A stretch of DNA of 64,000 bases from the NCBI GenBank assembly GCA_030606215.1, contig JAUWGW010000004.1:13047-77046 (forward strand). Direction: 5' to 3'. A program made the translations under genes and the position numbers. The notes under the pieces were generated by a model that was not told the origin of the DNA, searched no databases, and saw only the letters and a program-made list of their open reading frames with translations. The stretch is from a bacterium (lineage in GTDB: Bacteria; NPL-UPA2; JAUVJM01). Numbering within the stretch: the stretch's first letter is position 1; each line of letters starts with the position of its first letter. Below, piece by piece: positions 1 to 9,771 of the stretch.

Positions 1-27
1 ATGCCATCCTCCAGAATAAACCCAACT

Positions 28-106
28 TGGTCGGGGTGGGCGGATTTGAACCGCCGACCTCCTACTCCCGAAGCAGGCGCGCTAAACCAAACTGCGCTAC
101 ACCCCG
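28..106 (-). tRNA. tRNA-Pro (anticodon CGG)
   Basis: Reverse complement CGGGGTGTAGCGCAG...CCTGC-TT-CGG-GA-GTAGG...GGTTCAAATCC...CACCCCGACCA: acceptor stem, anticodon arm, T-loop and encoded CCA. Confidence 0.96.
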
Positions 107-132
107 ACAACACCAGACCTCTGGTGTGTAAG

Positions 133-594
133 CTATGGTCCAAAGTCTAAGATTTGCCTGCCGCCGAGAGTAAGTGAAGTTACAATGACTCCGGCAAGCA
201 GCACTCCAAAGATTATTGCAGGTAGTGCATATCGGAACCTTATCCTGAAAAGAGAAGCCGCCACACACCCTGTCCACGCCCCGGTAATCGGAAGAGGAAT
301 TGCAACAAAAAGAGATAACCCGATAGCTTCATACTTCTGAACTATTTCTGCCCGTTTCCTTGTCCTTCCATAGAGCCATTCAAAAAAACGCTTTGCTATT
401 TTGAATCGGCAAAGCTTCTCCGATACAGGTTCAAGAAAAAGCAACAAGGGAATAACCGGTATAATGTTCCCCACAACTGCCAGCAGATATGTCTCAAAAA
501 TAGGCAGGTCTTTAATTATACCCAGAGGGATAGCGCCTCGCAGCTCTGATATTGGGAGAGCAGCCATTATGATTACACTCAATTCAACAGGCAT
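133..594 (-). CDS. small multi-drug export family (COG2426-like) membrane protein
   Basis: Motifs LPISELRGAIP and FVAIPLPITGAWTG; hydrophobic. Confidence 0.85.
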   Translation of the reverse strand: MPVELSVIIMAALPISELRGAIPLGIIKDLPIFETYLLAVVGNIIPVIPLLLFLEPVSEKLCRFKIAKRFFEWLYGRTRKRAEIVQKYEAIGLSLFVAIPLPITGAWTGCVAASLFRIRFRYALPAIIFGVLLAGVIVTSLTLGGRQILDFGP

Positions 595-1248
595 CTACTT
601 CTCCCATCCATGTCTACCAACCAATGGAACAAAAACACATCCACATACTTCTCTTCTTTCAAGTTTCCCATTCTTCTTCTCCAAAACAACAAGCTCCTGT
701 GAATAGCAGCCACCGACCGGAATAACCAGACGCCCTCCTTCACTCAGCTGCTCCGCGAGAGGTTCCGGAACATCAGGAGAACCTGCCGTAACTATGATTC
801 CATCATACGGAGAAAACTCAGCCCATCCTTCAGAACCATCTTCAACTTTTAATTGAATGTTTATATAGCCGAGAGCTTTTAAAATTTCACCTGCGCGCTT
901 GGACAATTTCTCAACTCTCTCCACTGTATAAATCTGCCCGGAAAGTTCAGCAAGTATTGCCGCCTGATACCCTGAACCTGTTCCAACCTCAAGATTTTTT
1001 TCATCTCCTTTTAGTCCGAGACATTCTGTCATCAATGCCACCATATATGGCTGTGATATGGTCTGCCCTTCACCAATAGGAAGGGGGCAGTCATCGTATG
1101 CTGATTCGATCAAATCTTCCGGGACGAACCTGTGCCTTGGGACTTTCCTCATTGCCTCCAATACACTCTCATCAGCAATCCCGCGCGGTATTAACTGTGT
1201 TTGTACCATCCTTCTTCTTTCCTCTTCAAAATGTTTTTCTTTATCCAT
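595..1248 (-). CDS. pcm: protein-L-isoaspartate O-methyltransferase
   Basis: VPRHRFVP, GQTISQPYMVA, LEVGTGSGYQAA, FVPLVG motifs. Confidence 0.96.
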   Translation of the reverse strand: MDKEKHFEEERRRMVQTQLIPRGIADESVLEAMRKVPRHRFVPEDLIESAYDDCPLPIGEGQTISQPYMVALMTECLGLKGDEKNLEVGTGSGYQAAILAELSGQIYTVERVEKLSKRAGEILKALGYINIQLKVEDGSEGWAEFSPYDGIIVTAGSPDVPEPLAEQLSEGGRLVIPVGGCYSQELVVLEKKNGKLERREVCGCVFVPLVGRHGWEK

Positions 1249-1260
1249 TTTAAGAAAGCC

Positions 1261-1935
1261 TCATAAATGAGGCATTAATCCTGTCTTTAAAACCAATCTG
1301 ATGAATCTGAGTGTATCAATAAATGCATTTATGTTGCTTGCCTGCTTCCGGTAAATTGTCTTTATTGGAATCTCGGTAATTTTGAAACCTTGCCTGCTTG
1401 CTTTTATCAGGATTTCTGATTCCGTCTCATAATTTGTTGTTGCGAGGTGAACTTTTTCAAGAACTCCTCTCTTAATAAGTCTAAATCCGGTCTGACTGTC
1501 AGTAATTCTCTGGCGAGATAGAATTGAAACGATAAACGAGGTGACTATGTTTGTAAGTAACCTTATTAAAGGCATCCCCCTGACAGAACCCATCCGCGTT
1601 CCGAGAACAATATCAGCACCACTCTTCTCAACCTCATTGATGAATAGAGGCATCTCCCTGCAATCATGCTGTCCATCTGCATCCAGAGTTATGACTCCGT
1701 CATAACCTGCCCTTAGCGCATGGTCGAAACCTGTTCGCAGTGCGGCTCCCTTACCGCAATTTCGTAAGTGCCTTAGAACAGTTGCTCCAGCATCCCGCGC
1801 TTTCTTAGAAGTGTCATCTGTTGAACCATCATCAACCACAATAACCTCACTCACATAAGAGAGAAGTTTCCTTACAAGTTCTCCAACAGCCCCGCTCTCA
1901 TTGAAAGCCGGGACTACAACACACATACTATTCAC
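1261..1935 (-). CDS. GT2 glycosyltransferase (polyprenol-phosphate mannose synthase-like)
   Basis: VVVPAFNE, VDDGSTD, GKGAA, DADGQH, DSQTGFR. Start taken at GTG 1935, overlapping the upstream stop. Confidence 0.9.
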   Translation of the reverse strand: MNSMCVVVPAFNESGAVGELVRKLLSYVSEVIVVDDGSTDDTSKKARDAGATVLRHLRNCGKGAALRTGFDHALRAGYDGVITLDADGQHDCREMPLFINEVEKSGADIVLGTRMGSVRGMPLIRLLTNIVTSFIVSILSRQRITDSQTGFRLIKRGVLEKVHLATTNYETESEILIKASRQGFKITEIPIKTIYRKQASNINAFIDTLRFIRLVLKTGLMPHL

Positions 1936-2788
1936 TGTTTTTCCACACTCTATAATACATGAACCACTGCTCCGGATAAAGCATAATATACTTCTCAAGA
2001 ATCTTTATCCATCTTTCAAGAATTTCCCTCTCACCCTCTACCGTATTTTTTGAAAGGTCAGCGCAGAATGGCTTCTCGAAAAAAAATTTATAGTGGTTAT
2101 CCTTTTGCCTTATCATGAAAATAGGGAGGATATTTGCTCCTGTTCTGACAGTAAGAGCCGGCGTACCCCTGGGAAAACCTGCCGGTTTTCCAAAAAAGGG
2201 CGTTTTAATTCCCTGAGACGTAATATCCCTATCCCCAAGTATTGCTACCACCTCACCACGAAGAAGTGCCCTCATAACTCTTCTAACCTTTCCAAGAGGT
2301 ATTACCTTTATACCTTTACTCTCCCTTTGACCGACAAAGATTGCATCAACTTTTGCCTCCTCATGACTTAAAACAATTGCACTGACAGGGTATCCAAGTA
2401 GGGCTACGGTCACCCCGCCAAGCTCCCAGTTTCCGAGATGAGCCGACAGCGCAATAACTCCTCTTCTTCCGGCAAAAGCCTCTTCAATATATTCCTTATT
2501 TTCTATCTCTACAAATTTATTAATGTTCCTGCTGTTGAGTTTACTAATATAGAAAAAATCGGCAATGAACTTACCAAATTGCACAAAATTGGCCCGGGCG
2601 CACTCTGAAATCTTCTCTTCAGTCCAGTCCCTGAAAACATTTCTGAGATTTTCCTTGAGAATTTCTCTTGCTCCATGGACGAAACAATAGCTCATACCGG
2701 CTATTCCTGCCGCTATACGGTATGCAAATTTAAGGGGAAGGAAAAAGACAATAAGCTGTGCCAGCTTATATAAAATATATTCCAGCAT
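1928..2788 (-). CDS. lysophospholipid / lipid A (LpxL/PatA-like) acyltransferase
   Basis: HLGNWE catalytic motif, GDRD, FFGKPA, YPEQWF. Confidence 0.88.
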   Translation of the reverse strand: MLEYILYKLAQLIVFFLPLKFAYRIAAGIAGMSYCFVHGAREILKENLRNVFRDWTEEKISECARANFVQFGKFIADFFYISKLNSRNINKFVEIENKEYIEEAFAGRRGVIALSAHLGNWELGGVTVALLGYPVSAIVLSHEEAKVDAIFVGQRESKGIKVIPLGKVRRVMRALLRGEVVAILGDRDITSQGIKTPFFGKPAGFPRGTPALTVRTGANILPIFMIRQKDNHYKFFFEKPFCADLSKNTVEGEREILERWIKILEKYIMLYPEQWFMYYRVWKNSE

Positions 2789-2833
2789 AATTATCACAAA
2801 TGCGGAGTGTAGAATTTTGCATTAAGGCGATCC

Positions 2834-3205
2834 CTAAGAACCTGATAGTATCTGGCGCACCTTTCTAATAAGACTATGTGAGTCATAGGGTTTCTCTATA
2901 AAAGCTTCAACCTCAAGCTCCTGGGCTTCTTCTCTGCCGTATCTTTTCTCCTCCCCCGTCAGGATGACAATTGGAATATGAGAGTATTTTTTTGTCCTCC
3001 TGAGAAACTCACAGAATCTATATCCATCAACAATAGGCATTTTTATATCCACAATAGCGAGGTCAATATGTTTTGTTCTAACTGTATTGATTGCTTCAGG
3101 CACATTCGGAACTTCCAAAACCTCATAATCTTCCTGGCTGAAAATAACACCTAAAGTGCGCCTTGCAAGCTCGTCATCATCCAGGATTAATATTACCTTC
3201 TTCAT
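2834..3205 (-). CDS. single-domain response regulator (receiver)
   Basis: ILDDD, VDIKMP (phospho-Asp), EKP. The ORF-track N-terminal extension runs through a repeat element and is spurious. Confidence 0.88.
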   Translation of the reverse strand: MKKVILILDDDELARRTLGVIFSQEDYEVLEVPNVPEAINTVRTKHIDLAIVDIKMPIVDGYRFCEFLRRTKKYSHIPIVILTGEEKRYGREEAQELEVEAFIEKPYDSHSLIRKVRQILSGS

Positions 3206-3234
3206 CAAACTTTCACCCAGTCTGGTTAATAGTA

Positions 3235-3345
3235 AATACTCAGTAAACGCCGTGTCATTCTGAACCCGAGCGTAGCGAGGGTGAAGAATCTGAGATTCTT
3301 CGCTTCGCTCAGAATGACAGGTTGAAACGAACTTCACCGAATATT
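3235..3345. repeat. ~110 bp palindromic MITE/REP-like element (family A, core TGTCATTCTGA...TCAGAATGACA)
   Basis: Internal IR TGTCATTCTGA/TCAGAATGACA (3253-3319); imperfect terminal IR AATACTCAGTAAA/TTCACCGAATATT; inverted second copy at 43813-43926. Confidence 0.85.
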
Positions 3346-3390
3346 CGTAATAATACTATCACATAAATTTTATCTAAAGCAAGGGAAAAT

Positions 3391-3411
3391 CTGGCTCTAT
3401 CTGGCTCTATC
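3391..3411. repeat. tandem 10-bp direct repeat CTGGCTCTAT x2 in a divergent intergenic region
   Basis: ctggctctat ctggctctat c read directly. Confidence 0.7.
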
Positions 3412-3460
3412 AGAATTTTTTCTTGCCTTTCTGGGAAAGTTAATGATAATATTAGCCATC

Positions 3461-4444
3461 ATGGCAATCACTTTCAAATGCACATGCGGTCAGAGTCTGG
3501 AAACTGATGATGAGCACGCCGGCAAGCAAGCTAAGTGTCCGCGCTGTGGGAGCTCAGTCACCATCCCCTCCCCTGAAATAAAAGAAACTGTCTGCCCCTC
3601 CTGTGGAAAGCCTATGGAGGACGGTGCAGTTATATGTATGAAGTGTGGATTTAACAAGAAAACCGGGCGCCGCCTTGCCACAGCAGGATATGGTTCTGGT
3701 GAAGCCTCACAGGGTGAACCTGGTGTTTCTCCTATCCTTTCCTCTTTTAGCAAATCCTTTATTTTCCCGCTCCAGGGAGCGGCATTGGCAATGGTAATCC
3801 TTATGCCGTTACTTCGCATCCTATGTGCCTTTATACCATTAATAGGCGGACTGATTTACTTCGCTCTTTTCTATTCCTGCCTGATTGATATTATGCGCAC
3901 AGCCGCAGGCGGCCCCAAGTTCAGAGTAGAATGGCCTGATTTTTCGGACTTCTGGGATGAAATGCTTCTACCGGCATTAATAGTTTTCTTCGCCGCTCTG
4001 ATTGTCGTTGGAATTCCTCTGGGAGTAACTATGTCGCTCATCGGCGGAGTTAGCACCCTTTCTCAACTGAGCGAACTTTCAGATTTAAGAGTCCAGATTC
4101 TGCCGGGCCTCGCCTGGGGCTCAGTTGTCGGAGCACTTGTTGCTATTTTCTGCGCCAGCTACTTTCCTATGACCTTAGTTGTTGCCGGTATCTATCGGGC
4201 TTTTGCCGCCAGTCTCAACCCGGTATTTCTTTTCCGCTCAATATCGCGTATTCCAAAAGAATATGCTCTTGCAGCGCTGTTTGTTTACATCGTTCTGGCA
4301 TTACCTGCTATTATTAATCTTGGCCTTCTGTTAATTCCATTTGGAGGTTTCCTGGCACCAATGATAACCTTCTACTTCTGGGCAGCTGCCGCCTCACGTC
4401 TTGGCTTCATGGTTTATTACAACAAGCCAAGATTGGGATGGTGA
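3461..4444 (+). CDS. zinc-ribbon domain membrane protein (C-terminal DUF4013-like multi-TM region)
   Basis: CTCG, CPRCG, CPSCG, CMKCG knuckles followed by several hydrophobic helices. Confidence 0.75.
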   Translation: MAITFKCTCGQSLETDDEHAGKQAKCPRCGSSVTIPSPEIKETVCPSCGKPMEDGAVICMKCGFNKKTGRRLATAGYGSGEASQGEPGVSPILSSFSKSFIFPLQGAALAMVILMPLLRILCAFIPLIGGLIYFALFYSCLIDIMRTAAGGPKFRVEWPDFSDFWDEMLLPALIVFFAALIVVGIPLGVTMSLIGGVSTLSQLSELSDLRVQILPGLAWGSVVGALVAIFCASYFPMTLVVAGIYRAFAASLNPVFLFRSISRIPKEYALAALFVYIVLALPAIINLGLLLIPFGGFLAPMITFYFWAAAASRLGFMVYYNKPRLGW

Positions 4445-5734
4445 ATGATGAAAATACTTGTAATTGGCAGCGGCGGGCGTGAACACAGCCTTGTGTGGAA
4501 ACTCGCCCAGAGCCGAGAGGTAACAAAAGTCTATGCGGCTCTGGGGAATGGAGGCATTTCTGAAACCGCTGAATGCTTCAACATCAACCCAGCTGATTTT
4601 AAAGCTCTTATAGATTTAGTTCGCAGGGAGAGAATTGACCTCACAGTTGTTGGCCCTGAGTTACCTCTTGTTGAGGGGATTGTGGATGAATTTGAGAAGA
4701 ATGGTTTGAGGATTTTTGGTCCGCACAGGGAAGCGGCACAACTTGAGGGAAGCAAGGTTTTCTGTAAAGAACTTCTTCAAAAATACAAGATTCCTACTGC
4801 AGACGGAGAAGTGTTTAGCGATATGGAAGATGCCAAAAACTTTCTCGGGAAGTGTAAATTTCCAAGGGTGGTAAAAGCGGACGGGCTTGCGGCAGGGAAA
4901 GGCGTGATGATTTGTAAGACGGAGGAGGAAGGATGTGAGGCGGTTGAAAAGATTATGGGCAGGAAAATTTTCGGTGAAGCGGGAGAAAGAATTATAATTG
5001 AGGAATTCCTGAAAGGTGAAGAAGCATCTTTCCTGATTTTTACCGATGGCGAGGAGATTGTCCCTCTGCTCTCATCCCAGGACCATAAAGCTATCTATGA
5101 CGGGGATAAAGGTCCAAATACAGGTGGAATGGGAGCCTATTCACCCGCGCCTGTGGTGGACGCTCAGGTTAGAGAGAGAATAATGAGGGAGATTATTCAT
5201 CCCGTCGTCAGAGCGATGAGGAAGGAAGGAAAAAGATATTGCGGGGTCCTTTATGCGGGTTTGATGATTACAGAGGATGGCCTAAAGGTTCTTGAGTTTA
5301 ATGTGCGTTTTGGTGACCCTGAAACACAGGCTATCCTTCCGCTCCTTAAAACAGATTTAATTATCCCGCTTAATGCGTGTATTGATGGGAAATTAGGGGA
5401 AGTGAGACTTGACTGGTCCGAAGGAGCTTCTTCAGTATGTGTTGTTCTCGCCTCTCAAGGCTATCCAGGGAAGTATGAAAAAGGAAAGGAAATAAGCGGT
5501 TTAGAGAAAGTTTCGCAAGATGAGGGAATTTACATCTTCCACGCGGGGACACTTAAGAAAGACGCCGCTTTCACCACAAATGGCGGGCGTGTCCTCGGAG
5601 TAACAGGCGTTGGAAATTCAATTCAAAAGGCAATTGATAATGCATATGAGGCTGTAAGAAAAATACATTTTGATGGAGTTTATTACAGGAAAGATATAGG
5701 CTTCCGCGCGCTGGATCGTGGGGACGGGTCCTGA
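4445..5734 (+). CDS. purD: phosphoribosylamine--glycine ligase
   Basis: GSGGREH, KADGLAAGKGV, QDHK, GPNTGGMGAYSP, EFNVRFGDPETQ. Confidence 0.98.
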   Translation: MMKILVIGSGGREHSLVWKLAQSREVTKVYAALGNGGISETAECFNINPADFKALIDLVRRERIDLTVVGPELPLVEGIVDEFEKNGLRIFGPHREAAQLEGSKVFCKELLQKYKIPTADGEVFSDMEDAKNFLGKCKFPRVVKADGLAAGKGVMICKTEEEGCEAVEKIMGRKIFGEAGERIIIEEFLKGEEASFLIFTDGEEIVPLLSSQDHKAIYDGDKGPNTGGMGAYSPAPVVDAQVRERIMREIIHPVVRAMRKEGKRYCGVLYAGLMITEDGLKVLEFNVRFGDPETQAILPLLKTDLIIPLNACIDGKLGEVRLDWSEGASSVCVVLASQGYPGKYEKGKEISGLEKVSQDEGIYIFHAGTLKKDAAFTTNGGRVLGVTGVGNSIQKAIDNAYEAVRKIHFDGVYYRKDIGFRALDRGDGS

Positions 5735-6864
5735 TGCCGACGAGTGTTATAAATATAAATCCGGATGCGCCTGAAAAAGAGAAAATAAGACAGGCGGGTT
5801 CTGTAATCAGGCAGGGAGGGCTTGTTGCTTTCCCAACGGACACTGTATATGGTCTTGGAGTTGATGCATTTAACGAAACTGCTATATCGCAGGTGTATAA
5901 GGTGAAAAAGAGGGACAGAAAAAAACCTTTAAGCATACTTATAAGTAAAGAAGAAGAATTGCATGACCTTGTAACAAAAATTCCTGAACCCGCAAAGGTA
6001 TTGATGGAAAAATTCTGGCCGGGTCCCCTCACTCTAATTCTACCTGCTTCAAACAGGCTCAGCAAACTACTCACCGCAAATTCAGGAACCATTGGTGTTA
6101 GAATCCCCGATAACAAAATTGCTCTCGCTCTTATCAGGGAAAGCGGGGTTCCAATTACTTCCCCAAGTGCGAACATATCAGGACATCCTGACCCTAAGAG
6201 TCAAGAAGATGTATTGAGGGAACTTGGAGGGGAAATTGACCTGGTTATTGATAGCGGCCCATCAGATTCAGGATTGTCTTCAACTGTAGCGGATTTAACA
6301 GGAGAGAGTTTGAATATCCTCCGTGAGGGCAAAATTTCAAAAACAAATCTTGAGGAAATACTGAATGAAAAGAAGGTAGTCTTGTTTGTATGCACCGGGA
6401 ATAGCTGCCGCAGCGTCATTGCAGAAGCGCTGTTTAAAAAGATGCTCGTGGAAGCTATGGAACAACATCCGTCAAAAAGAGAAATTTTAGCAAAGATAGA
6501 GGTTCTCTCCGCCGGTGTATCTCCTTTCCCCGGGATGAGTTCACCTCCAGGGACATTGAAAGTGATGCAGGCAGAAGGGATAGATGTCTCAGGGCGCAGA
6601 GCAATTTCGCTGACACCCGAGCTCACAAGAAAATCCTCACTTATACTCGTAATGGAAGAAAGGCATAAAAGAGTAATTTTGAATATGGTTCCGGATTGTG
6701 GGGATAAAATAGCTCTTTTGAAAGAGTTCTCGGAAAATAGAGCTGAAAATCTTAATATACCTGACCCTATAGGGCGTTCACTTGAAGTGTATAAAAAGTG
6801 CACCTCCGAGATAAAAAGCGGGCTCGAAGGACTTATGAAAAAAATACTAAAAACAGGGATTTAG
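5734..6864 (+). CDS. tsaC: L-threonylcarbamoyladenylate synthase (TsaC/Sua5) fused to a low-molecular-weight protein (arginine) phosphatase
   Basis: N-terminal FPTDTVYGL, FWPGPLT, SPSANISG; C-terminal LFVCTGNSCRS, SAG, IPDPIG. Confidence 0.92.
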   Translation: MPTSVININPDAPEKEKIRQAGSVIRQGGLVAFPTDTVYGLGVDAFNETAISQVYKVKKRDRKKPLSILISKEEELHDLVTKIPEPAKVLMEKFWPGPLTLILPASNRLSKLLTANSGTIGVRIPDNKIALALIRESGVPITSPSANISGHPDPKSQEDVLRELGGEIDLVIDSGPSDSGLSSTVADLTGESLNILREGKISKTNLEEILNEKKVVLFVCTGNSCRSVIAEALFKKMLVEAMEQHPSKREILAKIEVLSAGVSPFPGMSSPPGTLKVMQAEGIDVSGRRAISLTPELTRKSSLILVMEERHKRVILNMVPDCGDKIALLKEFSENRAENLNIPDPIGRSLEVYKKCTSEIKSGLEGLMKKILKTGI

Positions 6865-6869
6865 AATTT

Positions 6870-7331
6870 ATGAATATAGCAATTGGAAGTGACCATGGAG
6901 GATGGGAACTGAAAAAGAAGGTTAAAAAATACCTTGAGAAAGAAGGAATAGAAGTGAAAGATTTCGGCACAGAAAACAGCAGCTCATGCGATTATCCCGA
7001 TTTTGCGCTTCCTGTAGCTGAAACAGCAAAGGTAGAAAAGACGAGAGGAATTCTCATCTGCACAACAGGTATTGGTATGTCAATCACCGCTAATAAAGTG
7101 CCAGGTGTGAGAGCCGCTCTATGCAATAATGTGGAGACTGCGCGATTAAGTCGCGAACACAATGATGCGAATGTGCTTGTTCTTAGTGCAAAGACGGTGG
7201 AAGAAGAGAAATTAGAACATATTCTGCAAGTCTGGTTAAACACAAGTTTCACAGGTAATGAACGACACATACGCAGACTTAACAAAGTAAAACAAATTGA
7301 AGAAAAGTATTCATCGTCCAGACTGGGATAG
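6870..7331 (+). CDS. rpiB: ribose 5-phosphate isomerase B
   Basis: [36 protein letters not shown]. Confidence 0.95.
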   Translation: MNIAIGSDHGGWELKKKVKKYLEKEGIEVKDFGTENSSSCDYPDFALPVAETAKVEKTRGILICTTGIGMSITANKVPGVRAALCNNVETARLSREHNDANVLVLSAKTVEEEKLEHILQVWLNTSFTGNERHIRRLNKVKQIEEKYSSSRLG

Positions 7332-7761
7332 TTATTTCCTTGAAATAGCCCGGACAGTAGCCAAGCGTTCAACCTGTCTCAGAAGGCAGGTTGGAGCTGT
7401 CATGGTGAGAGACAAACAAATTCTCTCAACAGGCTATAACGGTGCACCTGCAGGAATTGCACATTGTGATACAGCTGGTTGTCTCAGAGAAAAATTAAAA
7501 GTGCCGCCCGGGGAAAGACACGAACTCTGCCGCGGGCTCCATGCTGAGCAGAATGCAATTATTCAGGCCGCAGTTCATGGTGTGAGTATAGACCGCAGCA
7601 CGATGTACTGCACACATGAACCATGTTCAGTCTGCTCCAAAATGATTATAAATGCAGGAATAAAGACCGTAGTGGTGGGAGGGAACTACCCCGATAAGCT
7701 GGCAAGGGAGATATTGAAAGAAGCCGGAGTCAAGGTAATAAATGCTCAGCATAGGAGATAA
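7297..7761 (+). CDS. dCMP deaminase (ComEB family)
   Basis: [34 protein letters not shown]. Confidence 0.93.
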   Translation: MKKSIHRPDWDSYFLEIARTVAKRSTCLRRQVGAVMVRDKQILSTGYNGAPAGIAHCDTAGCLREKLKVPPGERHELCRGLHAEQNAIIQAAVHGVSIDRSTMYCTHEPCSVCSKMIINAGIKTVVVGGNYPDKLAREILKEAGVKVINAQHRR

Positions 7762-7766
7762 TTCAA

Positions 7767-8276
7767 ATGGCGCATCCTTTAGTTCAGTTAGCAATAGACG
7801 CAATACACTGCTTCGTGGAAGAAGGAAGAATAATCACGCAACCCGCCGCACTTGCAGATGAAATGCAGGAGAGGGCAGGGGTATTTGTCTCATTGAAAAA
7901 ACACGGAGAACTTCGCGGCTGCATTGGCACTTTTGAACCAACCCAGCCAAACGTAGCGCTTGAAATCACTCATAATGCAATCAGTGCCGCAATTAGAGAC
8001 CCGAGATTCCCGCCAGTCAGACCCGATGAACTACCTGAGCTCAGCTACTCAGTGGATGTACTCACAAAACCTGAACCCGTTGCCGATACGAAAGACCTTG
8101 AGCCAAAACGATATGGAGTGATTGTTGAATCCGGGGGGAGAAGAGGCTTACTACTACCTGACCTGGAAGGAGTGGATACAGTTGAACATCAACTCTCTAT
8201 TGCCAGGCAGAAAGCAGGAATCGGAGAAGGGGAACCTGTTAAAACTTATCGGTTTGAGGTGAAGAGGTATAAGTAA
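7767..8276 (+). CDS. amrA: AMMECR1-family protein (AmmeMemoRadiSam system protein A)
   Basis: [33 protein letters not shown]. Confidence 0.9.
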   Translation: MAHPLVQLAIDAIHCFVEEGRIITQPAALADEMQERAGVFVSLKKHGELRGCIGTFEPTQPNVALEITHNAISAAIRDPRFPPVRPDELPELSYSVDVLTKPEPVADTKDLEPKRYGVIVESGGRRGLLLPDLEGVDTVEHQLSIARQKAGIGEGEPVKTYRFEVKRYK

Positions 8277-9675
8277 TACGGAAACTTGCCCTTTCTTTCA
8301 ATAACCAGAACCAATCCCGGAATATTCTCTCCCTTTTGCCCTCAAGCAGAATTCTGTAGAGTTTGTCTTCCTCTTCACTGAATTTTTTCTCATCAATGTT
8401 TTTCCTCTCCCCAAACCTTAGAACACAGAATCCTAATGGGATTCCCACCATATCAAACGGGCTGTCTTCACTCAAACTGAATGCAACACGCCTGAACCCG
8501 GGTACAACTCCTAACTCCTTGATATAGCCATTTCGTGTGAAGAAATCTGTATCCGTTACCTTCATTGAATATTTCCTTGCGATAGCGGTAATATCCTTTT
8601 TCTCCCTCAATGTATGCAGACAGCGTTCCGCTTTAGACCGAGCGAGTTTCGAAGATTCAATCCTTCTCAATTTTTCCTCCACTCTCTCTGCGGCATCCTG
8701 CAAGTTCTCAGGGAGAGAACTTTCTTTCCTATCAACCAGCTTCACTACATAGAAACCCTCTCCCGCTCTTATCAAATCACTGACTTCTCCAACTTCCATA
8801 GAAAAGGCTGTGTCAATACATCCTGGGGGCACAGTTCCGGTACTGCCTTTCTCAAGGTAGTCTGTTTCTTCAGCCTTCAGCTCATCCCAACTTCTTTCCC
8901 CTTCCTCAAGTAGAGATAGAAGTTCCTCCCCTTCTTCCTCAGCTTTCTCCAACGCACCCTCCACTTTCACATCTCCAGGTTTAAAGAAAACATATTCTAA
9001 TTTCACCTTCTCGGGCAGTCTGAACTCCTCACGATGTGATTCAAAATAATCCCTGATCTGTTTCTCAGTTATGCTTACCTCCTTCTCAAAATCACAGGAT
9101 TTAAAAAGAACATATTTCACTTTTACCTCTTCATTCGCGAATCTATAGTACTGTCTCAATTCCTGTTGTGTGAGCTTTACGCAGTTAGTAATACTACGCC
9201 TTAGTTTGGATATAGAAACTTCCGTCCTCATCCCATCCTCGAAATATTCCGGCCCAACCCCGAAATGTTCTCGCAATACAGCGCGATAGATTTCATTATC
9301 AAACTTGCCATCTTTTTGAAATGCAGGGACTGAACTCACTACGGAAACAAGTTCACTATCGCTCGCTCTTATACCTTTAAGCTCTGCGTATTTTAGCAGG
9401 ATAATGTTTTCCCACGCCTCCTTTTCCAGATTGAGGAATTTCGCAACCTCATCAAACTGCCTGCCATAGCGCATCACAGCCAGGCTTGTCACCCAGTATA
9501 AAGACCTGCGGTATTCATTAAATGAAATTTTTCTGCCATATACCTCTCCAACGGATGCTGGTGTTCGAGTCCCACGAATACGCCTGGAGCCATAGAATAT
9601 TATGAAACTCGGGATTATAACTATTATAGTAGCCCAGAGTATCCCCTTCATTTGTTTTCTAAGTATTCTCAGCAT
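8239..9675 (-). CDS. PpiD/SurA-N-domain periplasmic chaperone
   Basis: N-terminal MLRILRK plus TM helix, [10 protein letters not shown] SurA-N motif, rotamase-like AF..GEVS..GFYVVK segments. Confidence 0.85.
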   Translation of the reverse strand: MLRILRKQMKGILWATIIVIIPSFIIFYGSRRIRGTRTPASVGEVYGRKISFNEYRRSLYWVTSLAVMRYGRQFDEVAKFLNLEKEAWENIILLKYAELKGIRASDSELVSVVSSVPAFQKDGKFDNEIYRAVLREHFGVGPEYFEDGMRTEVSISKLRRSITNCVKLTQQELRQYYRFANEEVKVKYVLFKSCDFEKEVSITEKQIRDYFESHREEFRLPEKVKLEYVFFKPGDVKVEGALEKAEEEGEELLSLLEEGERSWDELKAEETDYLEKGSTGTVPPGCIDTAFSMEVGEVSDLIRAGEGFYVVKLVDRKESSLPENLQDAAERVEEKLRRIESSKLARSKAERCLHTLREKKDITAIARKYSMKVTDTDFFTRNGYIKELGVVPGFRRVAFSLSEDSPFDMVGIPLGFCVLRFGERKNIDEKKFSEEEDKLYRILLEGKRERIFRDWFWLLKERASFRITYTSSPQTDKF

Positions 9676-9700
9676 ATCTATTTATCCCTCACAGAATGCG

Positions 9701-9728
9701 ATTATATCACATAGAGGAAACAAGTCAA
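9701..9728 (-). promoter_or_regulatory. sigma70-type promoter of the ppiD-like gene
   Basis: TTGACT-16 nt-(TG)TATAAT on the minus strand. Confidence 0.6.
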
Positions 9729-9771
9729 TACAGGAAGAATGAGATGAATTAAGATAGGGGGTAGAAAGAGG

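Noticed and set aside
62-277. 71-aa ORF on the minus strand
   Set aside because: Overlaps tRNA-Pro and the COG2426 gene; no protein features.
3206-3337. N-terminal extension of the response regulator (CHSERSEES...)
   Set aside because: It is a translation of the family A repeat, not real protein sequence.
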